Source of the DNA: an uncultured cyanobacterium
Lineage (GTDB): Bacteria; Cyanobacteriota; Cyanobacteriia; PCC-6307; Cyanobiaceae
NCBI GenBank assembly: GCA_963765575.1
Contig: CAVXWZ010000011.1
Location: 384,001-448,000, forward strand
Length of the DNA stretch: 64,000 nucleotides
Direction of reading: 5' to 3'
Shown piece after piece: positions 10,854-24,872 of this stretch; position 1 is the stretch's first letter; every line of letters starts with the position of its first letter. The notes beneath the pieces are model-generated. The model worked only from the letters and a program-made list of their open reading frames with translations. It made no database searches and had not been told where the DNA came from. Both the position numbers and the translations under genes were made by a program.

Positions 10854-11057
10854 CTGGCCTTCAGCCAAAGCCAAGAAATATTAGCAGCCTTGCAGTCCAT
10901 TGGATGGAGAGTTAAGCGTCAGTCAGGATCTCACAAGACGCTTGAACATGCAGACTATCCGGACTATGTCTTTGCATTTCATGATGGCGAGGAGATTGGC
11001 CCCAGGATGTTGTCGCGAATCGCCAAGCACACCGGCCTCGAACCAGGTGATCTGTGA
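10846..11057 (+). pseudogene. hicA: HicA toxin (cassette 2), frameshifted at ~10877 (one A short)
   Basis: Manual translation MSNWPSAKAKK / ILAALQSIGWRVKRQSGSHKTL...FAFHDGEEIGPRMLSRIAKHTGL; absent from the ORF track. Confidence 0.8.
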
Positions 11058-11072
11058 TGCAGGCGGGAAATC

Positions 11073-11162
11073 GGCTAACAATGCCATACACCTGAGCCGC
11101 CCCCTGATGATCTTTGTTGAGCTTCCTGGCTCTTGGCGGCCAGGTGATGGCGAGCGTTAGGC
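11073..11162 (+). mobile_element. Integron attC site (90 bp)
   Basis: R'' GGCTAAC, R' GTTAGGC; GCCAT(A)CACCTG(A)GCCGCC pairs with GGCGGCCAGGTGATGGC leaving two extrahelical bases. Confidence 0.9.
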
Positions 11163-11184
11163 CTCCAAAAAGAGTTCGCCAGCA

Positions 11185-11601
11185 ATGCACCTTCCTTCTG
11201 TGGCCTTGGTCAAAACTATCCACGCCGGCCTCGCTTACTGCGCCATGGTGCTGGGGGCGGGATTTGTTCTCGGCATGGTCAGGGTTCCGTTCCTGGTGCC
11301 ACGCATCGGTGAGCGCTGGGCGGAACTGGCAGAGATGCCCATCATGGCCATGGTGATCTACGTCGCTGCGGGGGTCATCCTTCGCCGCTTTCCAGAGGTT
11401 GGCTCACCGCCGCGAGCTTTGATCGCTGGTCTGCTGGCCTTGGCGCTACTGGTTGTGGCGGAGCTGGCCCTGGCCACGGTGCTGCAGGGCATGGGCCCTG
11501 CAGAGTTGATCGCCAGCCGCGACAAACTGTCGGGTTCGGTCTATCTCGTTCTCCTGATTGTTTTTGCCGTGATGCCAAGGTTGCGATCACCAGCGCCATG
11601 A
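11185..11601 (+). CDS. Uncharacterised 4-TM membrane protein (cassette 3)
   Basis: Starts just after the attC R' site; four hydrophobic segments. Confidence 0.75.
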   Translation: MHLPSVALVKTIHAGLAYCAMVLGAGFVLGMVRVPFLVPRIGERWAELAEMPIMAMVIYVAAGVILRRFPEVGSPPRALIAGLLALALLVVAELALATVLQGMGPAELIASRDKLSGSVYLVLLIVFAVMPRLRSPAP

Positions 11602-11804
11602 CATCAGCTCTCCCCTGCCAGCATGGAGCTGTTCATTGTCCTCTCTTGATCCGCTTTTGGCGAGGAGAGCAATCTGCCAGGGATCTTGAACATTGATCGC
11701 ATCATCGTCTGGCCTGCGTTTCCAGTCGTAGCGTTAGCTCCCTACCAATCAGCTGTCTACCCCCTACACTATCTGGATGCCAAGAGCGAATCCTGTTGCA
11801 TTCC

Positions 11805-13510
11805 ATGCCGTCTCCCTCCACTGTATCGACTGAGCCCCGCGTCACCACATTTGACGACTTTGTGGGATCGGCTGACTATTCATTGATGGATTCCTTGAAT
11901 CCTGATCCTGAGGCCACCGACGATGGCAACGATCACCGCGTGCGCCAGGTGTTCTCCGGTCATTACGTGCCTGTCACGCCCACACCGCTCGCAGACCCCG
12001 AGTACGTGGCCCACAGCAGCACGTTGTTCCGTGAACTCGGCCTGAGCGACGCGCTGGCACAGAACAATGATTTTCTCAGGATCTTTTCGGGCGATCTCTC
12101 GGCCGCCCATGAGCCCATGCGCCCGTTATGGCTGGGCCACGGGTTATGCCCTCTCGATTTACGGCAGTGAATACAACCAGCAGTGCCCTTTCGGCACGGG
12201 CAATGGCTATGGCGATGGCCGGGCGATCTCTGTGTTTGAAGGCGTCTTCGAGGGCCGGCGCTGGGAGATGCAGCTCAAGGGTGCTGGTCCGACCCCCTAT
12301 TGCCGTGGCGGTGATGGCCGTGCCGTGCTGCGCTCCAGCGTGCGCGAGTTTCTGGCGCAGGAGCACATGCACGCCTTGGGGATTCCCACCTCGCGCTCGT
12401 TGACCCTGGTGGTCTCGTCCTCGGAGACCGTGCAGCGACCATGGTATTCGGCCGATTCCCGCTCCCACGACCCCGATGTTCTGGTGCGTGATCCTGTGGC
12501 GATATCCACCCGCGTGGCGCCATCCTTTCTGCGGGTTGGCCAGCTGGAGTTGTTTGCTCGCCGCGTTCGCCGCAATGCGCATCCAGGGGCCTTGGCTGAG
12601 CTACGCATGATCGTGATGCATCTGATGCAGCGAGAGTATGCATCCGATATCGATCCAGGCCTCGCCTTCAGCGATCAATTGGTGGAGCTGGCCGTGGCCT
12701 TTCGTGGGCCGTCTCACTTCCCTGGTGGCCAACTGGCTGCGCGTGGGCTACTGCCAGGGAAATTTCAACAGTGACAACTGCGCCGCCGGTGGCTTCACGC
12801 TCGATTACGGCCCCTTCGGCTTCTGTGAACTCTTCGATCCCGCCTTCCAGCCCTGGACGGGTGGCGGCGATCACTTCGCCTTCTTCAATCAGCCCGTGGC
12901 GGCGGAAGCCAACTTCCACATGTTCTGGACGGCCGTGCGGCCCCTGCTCGTCGATGACGCCGCAGCCCTTGCCCAGTTCGACGCGGTGCGCCAGGGTTTT
13001 GCCGCTGCGATGGAGAGCCAGATCCAGGCGATGTGGGCCACCAAGCTGGGCCTGGCCACCTACGACCCAACCCTCGTCCAGGAGCTGCTGCGGTTGATGG
13101 TGGCGACCAAGCTGGATCTCACCATCTTCTTCCGCGAGCTCTCCCAGCTGCCAAACGACCTTTCAGCTCTGAGCAACAGCTTCTATGCCGCTCCATCAGA
13201 GCCGCTCGCGGCGGCATGGCACGCCTGGTTGCAACGCTGGCGCGACCGCATCGGCAGCCAGGGCGATCTGGCAGACGTTTCCACACAGATGAAACAGGTG
13301 AACCCGAAATACACCTGGCGCGAGTGGCTGGTGGTTCCCGCCTATCAGCAGGCGGCGCAGGGCGACTACGCCCTGGTGAAGGAGCTGCAGCAGGTGCTCA
13401 CCCACCCCTACGACGAGCAATCGCCAGAGATTGAAGCCAAGTTCTACCGGCTCAAGCCTGAGCACGCCTTCAACGCCGGTGGCGTGTCGCACTACAGCTG
13501 CTCATCCTGA
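11805..13510 (+). CDS. selO: SelO/YdiU protein adenylyltransferase (frameshifts at ~12126 and ~12706)
   Basis: [47 protein letters not shown]-terminal SCSS; split across three ORFs. Confidence 0.9.
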
Positions 13511-13545
13511 GCATCGATTCACCCACTGGCCAGGAGCGATCGCTC

Positions 13546-13974
13546 GTGATCGGCATCGGCAACCCCCTGCGCGGCGACGATGGCGTCGGCGCCCTGCTGG
13601 CCGAGTCCGCCGGTGGCCGCTGCGTGCATCAGCTCACGCCCGAGCTGGCTGCCGACCTGGCGCCGTTGCAGCGGCTGTTGTTCATCGATGCCTGGTTGGC
13701 GCCGGGGCAGGCCGGCGAGGCCCCTTCTCCCAGGCTCGACCCCCTGCCCGCCGAGGTCCAGCCCAGCAGCACCTGCAGCAACCACCGCCTCGAACCGGCC
13801 GAGCTGCTGGCGATCACCGCCGCCCTCTACGGCCGCGCCCCCAGCGCCGCCTGGCTGCGGGTGCCCGCCTACGCCTTCGATCACGGCAGCGAACTCTCGG
13901 CGCCGCTGCGCTCATCGCTGCCCGTGGCCCGCCGTCTGCTGCAGCAGTGGCTGGAGGATGGCGCCCATGCATGA
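13546..13974 (+). CDS. hoxW: Hydrogenase maturation protease HoxW
   Basis: IGIGNPLRGDDGVG, HQLTPE, FIDA. Confidence 0.88.
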   Translation: MIGIGNPLRGDDGVGALLAESAGGRCVHQLTPELAADLAPLQRLLFIDAWLAPGQAGEAPSPRLDPLPAEVQPSSTCSNHRLEPAELLAITAALYGRAPSAAWLRVPAYAFDHGSELSAPLRSSLPVARRLLQQWLEDGAHA

Positions 13975-14323
13975 GCTCAGCATCATGGAAGCCGTGCGCG
14001 ACCAGGCGCTGGCCCAGGCCGAGCTCCATGGCGGCGGCCTGATCACCGCCATCACCCTGCGCATCGGCAGCCTCGCCGGAGTGGAGCCCGATGCCCTGTC
14101 TCTGGCCTTCACCGTGGTGATGGCGGACACCCCCGCCGCCGCGGCCCGGCTGGTGATCGAGGCGGTGGCGGCGGAATGTTTCTGCGCCGGTTGCCAGCGG
14201 CCGTTTCCTGCCCAGGATGGGGTGTGCGAGTGCCCCCGCTGCGGCGCCATCAGCCGCCAGCTCTTGCGCGGTCGCGAACTGCAACTGGCCTCCCTTGAGT
14301 TGGCCGATCCGGAGCCCTGCTGA
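13967..14323 (+). CDS. hypA: Nickel metallochaperone HypA
   Basis: MHELS start and two CxxC motifs. Confidence 0.93.
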   Translation: MHELSIMEAVRDQALAQAELHGGGLITAITLRIGSLAGVEPDALSLAFTVVMADTPAAAARLVIEAVAAECFCAGCQRPFPAQDGVCECPRCGAISRQLLRGRELQLASLELADPEPC

Positions 14324-14324
14324 G

Positions 14325-15068
14325 ATGTGCACCACCTGCAACTGCGGCCAGATCGAGCCGGCGGTGATCGCCGCCGCCGCTCCCAGCGTCCGGCGCCTGG
14401 AGCTGGGTGAGGCCCTGCTCTCCCACAACGACGCCCACGCCGCCGCCCTGCGCCAGCGCTTCGCGGCGGCGACCCTGCCGGTGATCAACCTGCTCTCCTC
14501 CCCCGGTTCGGGCAAAACCGCCCTGCTGGAGCGCCTGGGCCACGACTGGAGCGGCAGCGGCCGGCTGGGGGCGATCGTGGGTGATCTGGCCACCGACAAC
14601 GACGCCCGCCGCCTGCGCGCCGCCGGCATCGACGCGGTGCAGATCACCACCGGCCAGGCCTGCCACCTGGAGGCCTCGATGCTGGAGCGGGCCCTCGATC
14701 ACTTCGATCTGGCCACGCTGGAGCTGCTGGTGATCGAGAACGTGGGCAACCTCGTGTGTCCGGCCGCCTACGACCTGGGCGAGAGCCTGCGGCTGGTGCT
14801 GCTGGCCGTCACCGAAGGCGAGGACAAGCCCCTCAAGTACCCCGCCATGTTCCACAGCGCCGATGTGGTGGTGATCAACAAGATCGACCTGGCCGCGGCG
14901 GTGGAGTTCGACCGCGAGCACGCCCATCGCCACATCGCCCGGGTGGCGCCCGCCGCCCGGATCGTGGAGGTGTCGGCCCGCACCGGTGCGGGCATGGACG
15001 GGTTGCGCCAGGCCATCGCCGCTGGCCTGGCGGCGCCTGCCGGGGTTCCGGCGCCAGCGCTGGCCTGA
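14325..15068 (+). CDS. hypB: Nickel-insertion GTPase HypB
   Basis: MCTTCNC, SPGSGKT, CHL, ENVGNLVCP, EGEDKPLKYP, NKID. Confidence 0.95.
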   Translation: MCTTCNCGQIEPAVIAAAAPSVRRLELGEALLSHNDAHAAALRQRFAAATLPVINLLSSPGSGKTALLERLGHDWSGSGRLGAIVGDLATDNDARRLRAAGIDAVQITTGQACHLEASMLERALDHFDLATLELLVIENVGNLVCPAAYDLGESLRLVLLAVTEGEDKPLKYPAMFHSADVVVINKIDLAAAVEFDREHAHRHIARVAPAARIVEVSARTGAGMDGLRQAIAAGLAAPAGVPAPALA

Positions 15069-15077
15069 GCCCGTTCC

Positions 15078-17624
15078 ATGGCCGAGCCGGCCCGGCTGTT
15101 GCTGCACTGCCGCGGCACCGTGCAGGGGGTGGGCTTCCGGCCGTTTGTGCATCGCCTTGCCGGTGAGCTGGCGCTGGTGGGGGAGGTGGAAAACGTGGCC
15201 GGAGCGGTGCGGGTGGATCTGCAGGGGGAACGCCCGGCCCTGGAGACGTTTCTGGGCCGCCTCCGCAGCGAGCTGCCCATGCCGGCGCGGCTGCAGCCGC
15301 TGCAGCCCCGTTGGCTGCCGCCCCGGGCCCAGCCCCCCAGCGGCCTGCGCATCGCCGCGGCGGCGCCTCGCCCCCTGGGCGCCGGCCTGATCGCCCCGGC
15401 CCTGGTGGCCGACCTGGCGCCCTGTGCGGCCTGCCGCGCCGAGCTGGCCGACCCCGCCAACCGCCGCCACCGCTACCCGTTCATCAGCTGCAGCGCCTGC
15501 GGGCCGCGCTATGCGATCGCCACCGCCGAGCCCTTTGCCCGCGCCCACACCACCCTGGCCGCCTTCCCGCTCTGTGCCGCCTGCCGCCGGGAGTTCGCCG
15601 ATCCCGCCGACCGTCGCTTCCACGCCGAAACCATCGGCTGCCCCGCCTGCGGGCCGCGGCTGGAGCTGCTCGCCACCCGCGCCACTGCCACCAGCGCGGC
15701 TCCGGATCCGTCCAGGGAGCCTGACCAGGCCCTCGATCCAATCGCCGCGGCGGCCCAGCTGTTGCTCGGTGGCGGCATCCTGGCGTTGCAGGGGGTGGGC
15801 GGCTTCCAGCTGCTGGTGGATGCCACCCAGCCGGCGGCCGTGGAGCGGCTGCGGCGGCGCAAGCGGCGCCCCGCCAAACCCTTCGCCCTGCTGGTGGCCG
15901 AGCCGGATTGGCTGGCGACTGCAGTGGAGATCGGGGCGGCGGAGCGGCGTCTGCTGGCCTCAGCCGCGGCCCCGATCGTGCTGCTGCGCCGCCGCCACGA
16001 CCCGGCCGCGGCCCCTGTGGTGGCCCCCCAGGTGGCCCCGGGCAGTCCGGCCCTGGGCGTGATGCTGCCTGCTTCGCCCCTGCATCTGCTGCTGGCGCGG
16101 GCGGTGGGCCGCCCGCTGGTGGCCACCAGCGGCAACCCCAGCGGCGAGCCGCTGGCCATCGATCCGCTGGAGGCGCGGCAGCGGCTGGGCGCCATCGCCG
16201 CTGGCTTCCTGGTGCACAACCGCCCCATCGCCCGCCCCCTCGACGACTCCCTCGTGCAGCTGATCGACGGCCAGCCGGCCCTGCTGCGCCGGGCCCGTGG
16301 CTACGCCCCCGCTGCCCTGGAGCTGCCGGCGCCACCGCCCGCGGATCGCACCGTGCTGGCCCTGGGCGGTGATCTCAAGGCGGCGCCGGCCCTGGCCCGC
16401 GCTGGAGGCATCTGGCTGGCGCCCTTCCAGGGCGATCTCGCCGGCGCCCGCCAGCAGCAGACCGTGGAGTCGGGGCTGGAGCAGCTGCTGCAACGCCTGG
16501 CCACCGACAACCAAAACAACAACGGCACCGGCACTGGACCGGCCTTGGAGGCCCTGGTCGCCGACGCCCATCCCGGCTATGTGGGCCGGGCCCTGGCGGA
16601 GCGGCTGGCGCGCCGTCACGGGCTGCCCCTGCACTTGGTGCAGCACCACGGCGCCCACGGCCTGGCGGTGGCGGCCGAGCACGGCCTCGAGGGCCCCCTG
16701 CTGGTGTGGGCCGCCGATGGACTCGGCTACGGCCCCGGTCCCGGCCACCAGCTCTGGGGTGGCGAGTTGTTGCTGCTCAACGCTGGCGCAGCGGCGCAGC
16801 GGTTGGCCTGTCTGCGGCCCTTCCCGCTGCCGGGGGGAGAGCGGGCGATGCGCGAATCGCGCCGGGCCGCCCTGGGGCTGCTGCTGGCGGTGGGGCCGGA
16901 GCTGGTCGAGCACCCCGGTGCCGCCGCCAGCCGGCACGCCTTTGACGCCGCCGAGCTCCGGCTGCTGAGCGCGGCGGTGCGCAGCGGCTGCAACGCGCCG
17001 CTCAGCTCGGGCCTGGGGCGCCTGTTCGACGCCGTCGCCTCGCTGCTGGGGGTGGTGCAGGAGCAGAGCTTCGAGGGGGAGTCGGGGCTGCTGCTGCAGG
17101 GCCTGGCGCAGCGCTGGGGCGAGCCGCAGCAGCTGGCCCCTCCGCTGCCAGCCGTGCCCCCGCTGCCGGTGCCCTCAAATGCTCTGCCCCTGATCCCGGC
17201 GCCGGAGCTGCCCCTGGGCTGGCTCGACTGGGAGCCGCTGCTGCGCCAGCTGCTGGCCGCTCGGGCGGCCGGGGTGGAGGCGGGCCCCCTGGCGGCCCGG
17301 TTCCATGCCGCGCTGGTGCAAGGGCTGGTGGCCGCCGCCGGGCGGGCGGCCGACCTCACCGGCTGCCGGCGGGTGGCCCTGGCCGGCGGCTGCTTCCAGA
17401 ACGCCCTGCTGCTGGAGGGCTGCATCGCCGCTCTGCGGGCCGCCGGCCTGGAGCCCTGGTGGTCGTGGCAACTGCCCTGTAACGACGGCGGCCTGGCCCT
17501 GGGCCAGCTGTGGGCAGTCCTGAAGCACCGGCCTATAACGAAATCGGATCCCCCCGATCCCCCCACCTCCGCTTTCCGCACCCATGTGCCTGGCCACGCC
17601 CGGGGTGATCCTGGCGATCAGTGA
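15078..17624 (+). CDS. hypF: Carbamoyltransferase HypF
   Basis: GTVQGVGFRP, Zn fingers, RRARGY, QHH, GRLFDAV, NDGGLALGQ. Confidence 0.95.
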   Translation: MAEPARLLLHCRGTVQGVGFRPFVHRLAGELALVGEVENVAGAVRVDLQGERPALETFLGRLRSELPMPARLQPLQPRWLPPRAQPPSGLRIAAAAPRPLGAGLIAPALVADLAPCAACRAELADPANRRHRYPFISCSACGPRYAIATAEPFARAHTTLAAFPLCAACRREFADPADRRFHAETIGCPACGPRLELLATRATATSAAPDPSREPDQALDPIAAAAQLLLGGGILALQGVGGFQLLVDATQPAAVERLRRRKRRPAKPFALLVAEPDWLATAVEIGAAERRLLASAAAPIVLLRRRHDPAAAPVVAPQVAPGSPALGVMLPASPLHLLLARAVGRPLVATSGNPSGEPLAIDPLEARQRLGAIAAGFLVHNRPIARPLDDSLVQLIDGQPALLRRARGYAPAALELPAPPPADRTVLALGGDLKAAPALARAGGIWLAPFQGDLAGARQQQTVESGLEQLLQRLATDNQNNNGTGTGPALEALVADAHPGYVGRALAERLARRHGLPLHLVQHHGAHGLAVAAEHGLEGPLLVWAADGLGYGPGPGHQLWGGELLLLNAGAAAQRLACLRPFPLPGGERAMRESRRAALGLLLAVGPELVEHPGAAASRHAFDAAELRLLSAAVRSGCNAPLSSGLGRLFDAVASLLGVVQEQSFEGESGLLLQGLAQRWGEPQQLAPPLPAVPPLPVPSNALPLIPAPELPLGWLDWEPLLRQLLAARAAGVEAGPLAARFHAALVQGLVAAAGRAADLTGCRRVALAGGCFQNALLLEGCIAALRAAGLEPWWSWQLPCNDGGLALGQLWAVLKHRPITKSDPPDPPTSAFRTHVPGHARGDPGDQ

Positions 17625-17837
17625 CGGCCACCCCGAGGTCGCCGCCAACCCTCTCGCCACCAGCCCTCTCGCTGCCGATCCGCTCTGGCGCTGCGCCGAG
17701 GTGGATTTCGGCGGCGTGCGCCAGCAGGTGAGCCTGGCCTGTCTGCCCGAGGCCACGGTGGGCGACCGGGTGCTGGTGCATGTGGGCGTGGCCCTGAGCC
17801 TGGTGCAGGACGACGACTTACCCAGCCTCCCGACCCG

Positions 17838-17841
<4 letters not shown>
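17584..17841 (+). CDS. hypC: HypC chaperone
   Basis: MCLATPG, VDFGG, VLVHVG. Confidence 0.92.
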
Positions 17842-21679
<3,838 letters not shown>

Positions 21680-21683
<4 letters not shown>

Positions 21684-22693
21684 GCGTGCAGACCGCCGTG
21701 GACCTCAGCACCACCTATCTCGGCCTGCCCCTGCGCACGCCCCTGGTGGTGGGCGCCGCCGGGCCCCTCAGCGAGCACGTGCAGCAGCTGCAGGAGCTGG
21801 AGCGGCACGGTGCCGCGGCGATCGTGCTGCACTCGCTGTTCGAGGAGCAGATCCGGCAGGAACAGCTCGATCTGCAGTGGCACGCCAACCAGGGCGCCGA
21901 GAGCTACGGCGAGGCCCTCAGCTACCTGCCCGAGACCGCCGTGCTGCACGAGGGTCAGGACCTCTACCTGGGCCTGATCGAGCAGGCCCGGCGCCGGCTG
22001 CAGGTGCCGGTGATCGCCAGCCTCAACGGCACCCACCCCGGCCGCTGGGTGGAGAGCGCGCGGCGCATCGAGGCCGCCGGTGCCCACGCCCTCGAGCTCA
22101 ACATCTACGACCTGCCCACCGACCCGGAGCTGAGCAGCCTCGCGATCGAAAACCAGATGGAGGAGATCGTGCGGGAGGTGCGCGCCGAGGTGCGCCTGCC
22201 CCTGGCGGTGAAGCTCAGCCCCTTCTTCACCAACCTGCCGGCGATGGCGCGGCGGCTGGGGCGGGCCGGCGCCGATGGTCTGGTGCTGTTCAACCGCTTC
22301 TACCAGCCCGACATCGACATCGAGGAGCTGGAGGTGCGCCCCAACCTGCTGCTCTCCAACCCCCACGACCTGCGCCTGCCGCTGCGCTGGATCGCCCTGC
22401 TGCATGGCCGCGAGCCCGTCGATCTGATCGCCAGCGGCGGCGTTTCGCGCGGCACCGACGTGGTGCGGCTGCTGATGGCCGGTGCCTGCGCCACCCAGCT
22501 GGTGGCGGCGCTGCTGCGCCACGGGCCCGAGCGCCTGCGGGGCATCGAGGACGAACTCGCCACCTGGTTGATGGAGCACGACTACAGCTCCCTGGCCGAC
22601 CTCCGCGGCTGCATGAGCCAGCTGCGCTGCGCCGAGCCGGGTGAATACGAGCGGGCGCAGTACATGCGCGTGCTGCAGAGCTACCGCCCATGA
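21680..22693 (+). CDS. Dihydroorotate dehydrogenase-like flavoprotein
   Basis: DLSTTYLGL, SLFEEQ, IASLN, VKLSP, FNRFYQPD, SGGV; ATGA-coupled to nifJ. Confidence 0.88.
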
Positions 22694-23829
22694 CGCCGCC
22701 CATCACCACGCCCGTGAGCGCTCCCGCCCGTCGCGTCGCCGAGCTGGCCGCCGAGCTGGCCGCCATCACCACCCGGCCCTGGACCCTGATGGAGGTGTGT
22801 GGCGGCCAGACCCACGCGATCGTGCGCTGGGGGCTCGACCAGCTGCTGCCGCCGGGGGTGGAGTTGATCCACGGCCCCGGCTGTCCGGTGTGCGTGACGC
22901 CGGCCGCCACCATCGACGCCGCCCTGGCCCTGGCCCGGCGGCCGGAGGTGATCCTCTGCTCCTACGGCGACATGCTGCGGGTGCCGGGCAGCGATCCCGG
23001 CGACGATCTGCTCGGGGTGCGCGCCGCCGGTGGCGACGTGCGGCTGCTCACCTCGCCGCTGCAGGCCCTGGAACTGGCCCGCAACCACCCCGACCGCCAG
23101 GTGGTGTTCCTGGCCGTGGGCTTCGAAACCACTGCCCCCGCCACGGCGCTGCTGGCCCGCCAGGCCCTGGCGCTGGGGTTCACCAACCTCTCGCTGCTGG
23201 TGGCCCATGTGCGCGTGGTGCCGGCCATGGCCACGATCCTGCAGGACCCCGGCAACCGCGTGCAGGGCTTCCTGGCGGCCGGCCACGTGGGCACGGTGAT
23301 GGGCCTGGCGGAGCTGGAGGACTTGGTGCAGTGCCACCAGCTGCCGGTGGCGATGACGGGCTTCGAGCCCGCCGATGTGATGGCCGGCCTGCTGGCCTGC
23401 GTGCGCCTGCTGGAGGCGGGCACGGCGCAGGTGGTGAACGCCTACGGCCGGGTGGTGCGCCCGGCGGGCAACGCCGCCGCCCAGCGGCAGATCGAGGCGG
23501 TGTTCGCGGTGGTGGATCAGACCTGGCGCGGCCTCGGGGTGCTGGCCGGCGGCGGCCTGGCCCTGCGCGGTGACTACCGCCGCCTGGATGCCCGCGAGCG
23601 CTTCGCCCTCTCCGGCCCCGCTGACGACGAATCTCGCTGCGGCAATTCGGTGTGCATCAGCGCGGCCATCCTGCGCGGCCAGGCGACGCCGCCCGAGTGC
23701 CCGGCCTTCGGCAGCAGCTGCACGCCCCACCACCCCCTGGGGGCGCCGATGGTGTCGAGCGAGGGGGCCTGCGCCGCCTACCACCGCTACAGGCCGGTGT
23801 CGGTGAGGTCGGCGTCGATCGGGCCCTGA
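22690..23829 (+). CDS. hypD: HypD
   Basis: MEVCGGQTH, GPGCPVC, GFETT, MVSSEGACAAY. Confidence 0.96.
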   Translation: MTPPITTPVSAPARRVAELAAELAAITTRPWTLMEVCGGQTHAIVRWGLDQLLPPGVELIHGPGCPVCVTPAATIDAALALARRPEVILCSYGDMLRVPGSDPGDDLLGVRAAGGDVRLLTSPLQALELARNHPDRQVVFLAVGFETTAPATALLARQALALGFTNLSLLVAHVRVVPAMATILQDPGNRVQGFLAAGHVGTVMGLAELEDLVQCHQLPVAMTGFEPADVMAGLLACVRLLEAGTAQVVNAYGRVVRPAGNAAAQRQIEAVFAVVDQTWRGLGVLAGGGLALRGDYRRLDARERFALSGPADDESRCGNSVCISAAILRGQATPPECPAFGSSCTPHHPLGAPMVSSEGACAAYHRYRPVSVRSASIGP

Positions 23830-24872
23830 CCGGCGGGCTTCCAGGGCATCTTCGCCAGACCCAGGGGCTGCAGCCGCTCCAGCGCCGCCAGCTGCAGGCT
23901 GCCGATGCGGTCGCGCACCCAGGGCAGGGCCAGGGGATCGAGGCCGTTCCAGGGCAGGAAGGGGTTGCGGCGCAGGGCGGCGTAGATCTCCACCCGGCAG
24001 GTGGGGTGGTCGCTGGGGGTGCGGCCGTGGAAGCCGCGGGTGTCGGCGATCACCAGGGTGTTGGCCTTCACCGCGAAGCGGCGCGGCGGGCCCAGGCCCA
24101 TGGCCGCCAGGTCGGCGGGCTCCACCCGGAAGGAGCCGCGGCCGTGATACACGATCGGGTGCTGGGCCGCCTCCAGGCTCTGGCGCCGCTCCCAGGCCAG
24201 CCGCGTCGGGGTCATGCGATGGGAGCCGCCCACGTAGGCGAAGGGACCCTCGTCCTCCCCCACGTCGTGCAGGAAAAACCAGGCCTTGGCGAGCGAATGG
24301 AAGGTGTCGGCGTGGAGGCTGGCCTGGGGATCGGGCCGCTGGCTCGGCAGGCCGGCCAGGATCGCCTGCAGGGAAAAGATCGGCTCGGCCCCGGTGCCGG
24401 CCACATAGCGGATCAGGTTGCGGATCTCGCGGCTGGCCACCAGCTGCTCCAGCTGCGGATGGCGGCCGCGCAGGCGGGCGCGGTCGAGGGCCACCCGGCG
24501 GGTGATGGCGTTGCCCTGGCGCATCTCCCGCCGCGGCCAGTCGCTGCCATGGATCTCCCGCAGCAGGGCCGCAAACTGCTCGGCGGGCAGCAGGTTCTCG
24601 CGGATCACGTAGCCCTGCTCGGCGTACTGGCGGCGGTCGGCGGCCTCGATGCCGTGGCCCAGCCGCCAGCGACGCTGGGCGGTGATGGCATCGGCCAGGC
24701 GGATGCGGCCCACGTGCAGGCCGAGGCGGTTCAGGCGCCGGCTGCCGATCACCGGGTTGTCGCGGAACGACTTGGCGCCGCTGAGCAGGGCCAGTGGCGC
24801 CAGGGCGGTGCGTAGCGCGCGGGAGGGTTGGGGCTGCGCCATCGGCGGCGGATCGCTGGGCGGATCTGCCAT
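23787..24872 (-). CDS. PhyH-family Fe(II)/2-oxoglutarate dioxygenase
   Basis: EQGYV, LHADTFH (HxD), GPFAYVGGSH, distal FHGR; start uncertain (24842 or 24872). Confidence 0.8.
   Translation of the reverse strand: MADPPSDPPPMAQPQPSRALRTALAPLALLSGAKSFRDNPVIGSRRLNRLGLHVGRIRLADAITAQRRWRLGHGIEAADRRQYAEQGYVIRENLLPAEQFAALLREIHGSDWPRREMRQGNAITRRVALDRARLRGRHPQLEQLVASREIRNLIRYVAGTGAEPIFSLQAILAGLPSQRPDPQASLHADTFHSLAKAWFFLHDVGEDEGPFAYVGGSHRMTPTRLAWERRQSLEAAQHPIVYHGRGSFRVEPADLAAMGLGPPRRFAVKANTLVIADTRGFHGRTPSDHPTCRVEIYAALRRNPFLPWNGLDPLALPWVRDRIGSLQLAALERLQPLGLAKMPWKPAGQGPIDADLTDTGL

Noticed and set aside
11686..11739. attC closing the membrane-protein cassette
   Set aside because: GTTAGCT is present but there is no matching R'' or convincing arms; kept only as a possible remnant.
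11805..13510. Programmed frameshifting or split selO
   Set aside because: Single extra bases with no slippery heptamer; same pattern as the other scattered indels.
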